Below are positions 16,673 to 20,000 of a stretch of DNA of 20,000 nt, one piece after another. The position numbers and the translations under genes are program-made. The stretch's first letter is position 1; each line of letters opens with the position of its first letter. This stretch comes from an uncultured archaeon. Its GTDB lineage: Archaea > Thermoplasmatota > Penumbrarchaeia > CAZUZU01. Location of the stretch: positions 18,347 through 38,346 of the forward strand of contig CAZUZU010000002.1 of assembly GCA_964624865.1 (NCBI GenBank), in the 5' to 3' direction. A model generated the notes under the pieces. It searched no databases and had not been told where the DNA came from. It saw nothing but the letters and a program-made list of their open reading frames with translations.

Positions 16673-17302
16673 ATGGTCAGAATGGACAAAGAGGGCAATG
16701 TGCCCAAGGCAATATATCATGCATGCCCAAACTGCGACGACCCCGAGCTGAAGGACGTTCTCAAGGGGAAGCTGGTGATCACCAAGGACTCCACCCTGTT
16801 CAGGGCCAGGCTGAAATGCCGCTCGTGCTCCAACGTGTATGACGTGGAACTGGAGCAGCCCGCTGACGTTGAGGTGCCCCTGATAGTGTCCGAGGGTGCG
16901 GAATCGTACAAGACAAAGACCTATCTGCAACCGGAGGCCAAGGTAAGGGTGGGAGAGGTGATATACGACGACGATGTGCCCTTCAAGATCACCTCCATAG
17001 AAAGGGAGGATAAGAGATTGGGGGAGGCCTTTCCCAAGGATATAACTACCATCTGGGCGGTGAAGTTCGACAAGGTGAAGGTCCCGGTTTCCATCAACAG
17101 GGGCAGGAAGAGCATATCCAAGACCATCGAAGTTCCCCCGGACGAGATATTCATCGTCGGGGACAGGATAGAGCTTGACAGGAGCTGGTTGGCCATCCAC
17201 AAGATAAAGACAAGGGATAGGGTCCTTCATGTGGATCAAGAGGCCGAGGCAAAGGACATCGTCCGGATATACGCCAAAAAGATAAAGGAGAAGTGGGCAT
17301 AG
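16673..17302 (+). CDS. HVO_0476-like archaeal zinc finger protein
   Basis: CPNCDDPELKDVLKG and KCRSCSNVYDVELEQP zinc motifs plus conserved-looking C-terminal RGRKSISKTIEVPPDEIFIVGDRIELDRSWLAIHKI. Confidence 0.7.
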   Translation: MVRMDKEGNVPKAIYHACPNCDDPELKDVLKGKLVITKDSTLFRARLKCRSCSNVYDVELEQPADVEVPLIVSEGAESYKTKTYLQPEAKVRVGEVIYDDDVPFKITSIEREDKRLGEAFPKDITTIWAVKFDKVKVPVSINRGRKSISKTIEVPPDEIFIVGDRIELDRSWLAIHKIKTRDRVLHVDQEAEAKDIVRIYAKKIKEKWA

Positions 17303-17971
17303 ATGTCGAGAGAGAGGGAAAGGAAAAGACTGGTTAAAAAATTGAAGGCAGGTGGATATGTAGAAAGCGAGGAGGTGGAAAAGGCGTTTCTTTCCGTGCC
17401 CAGGGAGGAATTCCTACCTTCCGGAATGGGAAACGAGGCCTACGTGGACCATCCCCTGCCCATAGGCAACGGCCAGACCATTTCAGCGCCTTCCATGATC
17501 GCCATCATGATGGAGGCCCTTGAGCTCAAGCAGGATATGAAGGTCCTGGAGATCGGGGCGGGAAGTGGCTACCACGCCGCCCTGGCCGGAGCGATCGTGG
17601 GCCCAAAGGGAAAGGTTATTTCCATAGAGAGGGTTGAGAAATTGGCGGAAAACGCCCGGAATAACATCCGAAAGGCGGGTCTCGACCGGATAATAACGGT
17701 GGTGCACGGCGACGGCAGCAAGGGATATCCCGAGGCGGGGCCGTATCACAGGATATATCTCACCTGCGCGGCGCCTAACGTCCCCACCCATCTCAAGCTC
17801 CAGATTGAAGAAGGCGGGATGATACTTGCCCCTGTGGGCAAGAGCAGGTGGTGGCAGGACCTTATCAGGCTTAAAAAGCGGGAAGGTGAGCTGAGGAAGG
17901 AGTCGCTGGGGGGATGCGTTTTCGTGCCGTTGATCGGAAAGTACGGATTCAGAGGAAAGGAGGAGACTTAA
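17303..17971 (+). CDS. pcm: Protein-L-isoaspartate O-methyltransferase
   Basis: VPREEFLP, AYVDHPLPIGNGQTISAPSMIAIMMEAL, VLEIGAGSGYHAALAG, GDGSKGYPEAGPYHRIYLTCAA and LVPVG-like LAPVG. Confidence 0.96.
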   Translation: MSRERERKRLVKKLKAGGYVESEEVEKAFLSVPREEFLPSGMGNEAYVDHPLPIGNGQTISAPSMIAIMMEALELKQDMKVLEIGAGSGYHAALAGAIVGPKGKVISIERVEKLAENARNNIRKAGLDRIITVVHGDGSKGYPEAGPYHRIYLTCAAPNVPTHLKLQIEEGGMILAPVGKSRWWQDLIRLKKREGELRKESLGGCVFVPLIGKYGFRGKEET

Positions 17972-17972
17972 A

Positions 17973-19193
17973 ATGACTGAAATCGTGGATATGAAGATAA
18001 GGAAGGTATTGGACAGCAGAGGGAACATCACCGCCGAGGCGGAGGTGATCACCAAGAGCGGGTTTGGGGTGGCCCCCGGACACGCCGCCGCCCCTGCCGG
18101 GGCGTCAACGGGTGAGCACGAGGTCGTGTCCTATCCGGACAATGACATAGACAAGGCCATAGAGGTGTTCCACAAGGAGGTCAAGCCGGAGCTCATAGGA
18201 GAGGACGCCATGAACCAGGTGGAGATCGATATGAAGCTGCACTCAATAGACGGCACGGACAACTTCTCCCATATCGGGGGCAACGTGGCCACCGCGATAT
18301 CTTTAAGCGTGGCCTGGGCGGCGGCGGATTCACTGGGCGTTCCCTTGTACCTCTATCTGGGCGGTAATCTCCACAGGGACATGCCCAGGCCATTTGGCAA
18401 CGTAATAGGAGGCGGCGCGCATGCCATAGGGGGAACGGATATACAGGAATTCCTGTCCGTTCCCAAGGATGGGACCATGGCACAGCGGGTGTTTGCCAAC
18501 GCGGCGGTTCACAAGAGGATCAAGGGGCTGTTGAGAGATACACTGCCCGATACACCGATAGGTAAGGGCGACGAGGGGGCCTGGGTCGCTCCCCTGTCCA
18601 ACACCAAGGCTATGGAAATACTGGTGGACGCCACTTCCTCTATTGGTGAGGAGATGGGCCTGGATATAAAGCCCGCTTTGGACGTGGCAGCCTCGGAATT
18701 CTATGACAAGGAGAAAGGGAAGTATGTTTATGCGGACAGGGAGTTGGGGCCGGGAGAGCAGATAGACTTTATTGCCGAGCTTGTGGATACTTACGACGTA
18801 TTCTCGGTGGAAGATCCCCTGGAGGAGAACGATTTCAAGGGTTTTAAGGAGCTAACCGACAAGGTGGGCGACAGATGCCTGATAGTGGGCGACGATCTGT
18901 TCGTTACCAACCTGAGCAGGATCATCAAGGGGGTGAGGATGGGGTCCGCCAATGCGGTTTTGATCAAGGTGAACCAGATAGGGACCCTGAGCGATACATA
19001 CGATGCGGTGAGTTTTGCCCACAAGAACGGGTATAAGACCATAATATCCCATCGTAGCGGGGAGACAGTGGACAACACCATCGCACACATAGCGGTGGCC
19101 TTCGGCGGCTTTGGAATAAAGACTGGCACGGTGGGAGGGGAGAGGACTGCCAAGTTGAACGAGCTCATTCGAATAGAAGAAAACCTTATTTAA
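17973..19193 (+). CDS. eno: Enolase (phosphopyruvate hydratase)
   Basis: VLDSRGNITAEAEV, GASTGEHE, VEDPLEENDF, VGDDLFVTN, LIKVNQIGTLSDT, ISHRSGETVDNTIAHIAVA, KTGTVGGERTAKLNELIRIEE. Confidence 0.98.
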   Translation: MTEIVDMKIRKVLDSRGNITAEAEVITKSGFGVAPGHAAAPAGASTGEHEVVSYPDNDIDKAIEVFHKEVKPELIGEDAMNQVEIDMKLHSIDGTDNFSHIGGNVATAISLSVAWAAADSLGVPLYLYLGGNLHRDMPRPFGNVIGGGAHAIGGTDIQEFLSVPKDGTMAQRVFANAAVHKRIKGLLRDTLPDTPIGKGDEGAWVAPLSNTKAMEILVDATSSIGEEMGLDIKPALDVAASEFYDKEKGKYVYADRELGPGEQIDFIAELVDTYDVFSVEDPLEENDFKGFKELTDKVGDRCLIVGDDLFVTNLSRIIKGVRMGSANAVLIKVNQIGTLSDTYDAVSFAHKNGYKTIISHRSGETVDNTIAHIAVAFGGFGIKTGTVGGERTAKLNELIRIEENLI

Positions 19194-19242
19194 ATGATGT
19201 ATGCATTATGTAAAAACCTTCAAGTGTCGATACGGTGATATA

Positions 19243-19923
19243 ATGGCAGACGACGTGGAAGTCAAGGAAGCTGAATCAACAGAGGCCCCAAGTGAGGACT
19301 CTGAGGATGAGAGCAAGAGCGAAAAGAAGTTTCAACGGACGAAGGAGGAGGAATTATTCCTGTCCTCCGGAGTGCATATCGGAACCCAGCAGAAGAGCCA
19401 GGACATGATGCCCTTTATCTTCAGGGTAAGGAACGACGGCCTCTACGTACTGGATATCAAGATGAGCGTGGACCGCATCCGGAAGGCGGCCAGGCTTTTG
19501 GCCCAGTACGAACCCGAGAACATACTTGCGGTGTCGGCGAGGCAGTACGGCCAGCAGCCGGTTGAGAGCTTTGCCCAGATCATCGGAACCAAGTACTTTG
19601 CCGGCAGGTTCATACCGGGAACTTTGACCAATCACAATCTCCGGTCCTACATAGAGCCCGAGATAATCGTGGTCACCGATCCCTTTGCGGATGTCCAGGC
19701 TTTGAGGGAGAGCATCGTGAGCGGTATCCCGGTGATAGCGTTCTGCGACGCGAACAACGAGACCAAGTACGTGGACCTTGTCATACCCGCAAACAACAAG
19801 GGTAGAAAGGCCCTGGCAACTCTATACTGGCAGCTGACCAAGAACCTGTTGCTGGAATCCGAAAGGATAAAGGACGAGGGCGAGTTCGACTTTGAGATAG
19901 AGGACTTCGAGGCGACCATATAG
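19243..19923 (+). CDS. rpsB: Small ribosomal subunit protein uS2
   Basis: LFLSSGVHIGTQQKSQDMMPFIFRVRNDGLYVLDIKM, FAQIIGTKYFAGRFIPGTLTN, EPEIIVVTDPFADVQAL, IPVIAFCDANNETKYVDLVIPANNKGRKAL. ATG at 19243 preferred. Confidence 0.97.
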   Translation: MADDVEVKEAESTEAPSEDSEDESKSEKKFQRTKEEELFLSSGVHIGTQQKSQDMMPFIFRVRNDGLYVLDIKMSVDRIRKAARLLAQYEPENILAVSARQYGQQPVESFAQIIGTKYFAGRFIPGTLTNHNLRSYIEPEIIVVTDPFADVQALRESIVSGIPVIAFCDANNETKYVDLVIPANNKGRKALATLYWQLTKNLLLESERIKDEGEFDFEIEDFEATI

Positions 19924-19936
19924 GAGAGATACAGGT

Positions 19937-20000
19937 ATGCCGTGGTTTTCCAAGAAGGGAGGCGAGAGGGAGCCCGCAGCGGCAGGAGGATTCTACCCCG
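19937..20000 (+). CDS. Start of a MEMO-family protein, cut by the window end
   Basis: MPWFSKKGGEREPAAAGGFYP resembles the N-terminal R.PAVAG.FYP signature; position after eno-rpsB matches a conserved archaeal gene order. Confidence 0.65.
   Translation, partial: MPWFSKKGGEREPAAAGGFYP

Noticed and set aside
16388-17239. 283-aa minus-strand ORF
   Set aside because: Antisense to dnaG 3' end and the HVO_0476-like gene, both well supported.
1-20000. CRISPR arrays, transposases, integrases, toxin-antitoxin or other defence systems
   Set aside because: No direct-repeat arrays, terminal inverted repeats or hallmark proteins seen; the window is mostly housekeeping with a few lineage-specific genes.

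Overview
Archaeal chromosomal window, most likely Thermoplasmatota-like by gene content (inference only). Left side: the 3' part of a large secreted/membrane repeat protein (81-aa Ig-like repeats, then cadherin-like repeats, one TM helix and a cytosolic roadblock/longin-like tail), a Rab/Ras-like small GTPase, and a convergent beta-propeller protein. Then a minus-strand histidine operon: hisG(long form)-HAD phosphatase-hisB-hisH-hisF-hisA::hisI fusion-hisD. Centre: a stand-alone 5S rRNA gene. Right side: winged-helix protein, membrane proteins, PRC-barrel-like protein, zinc ribbon, dnaG primase, HVO_0476-like zinc protein, pcm, eno, rpsB (uS2) and the first codons of a MEMO-family gene. The most unusual observation is that the 5S rRNA appears to carry a structured insertion of about 107 nt. 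The usual 5S core is recognisable from about 11753 to 11860, but the 3' strand of helix I lies at 11970-11978, beyond a nested hairpin domain. No CRISPR array, transposon or prophage was seen. Most long antisense ORFs in the track look like high-GC shadow ORFs.
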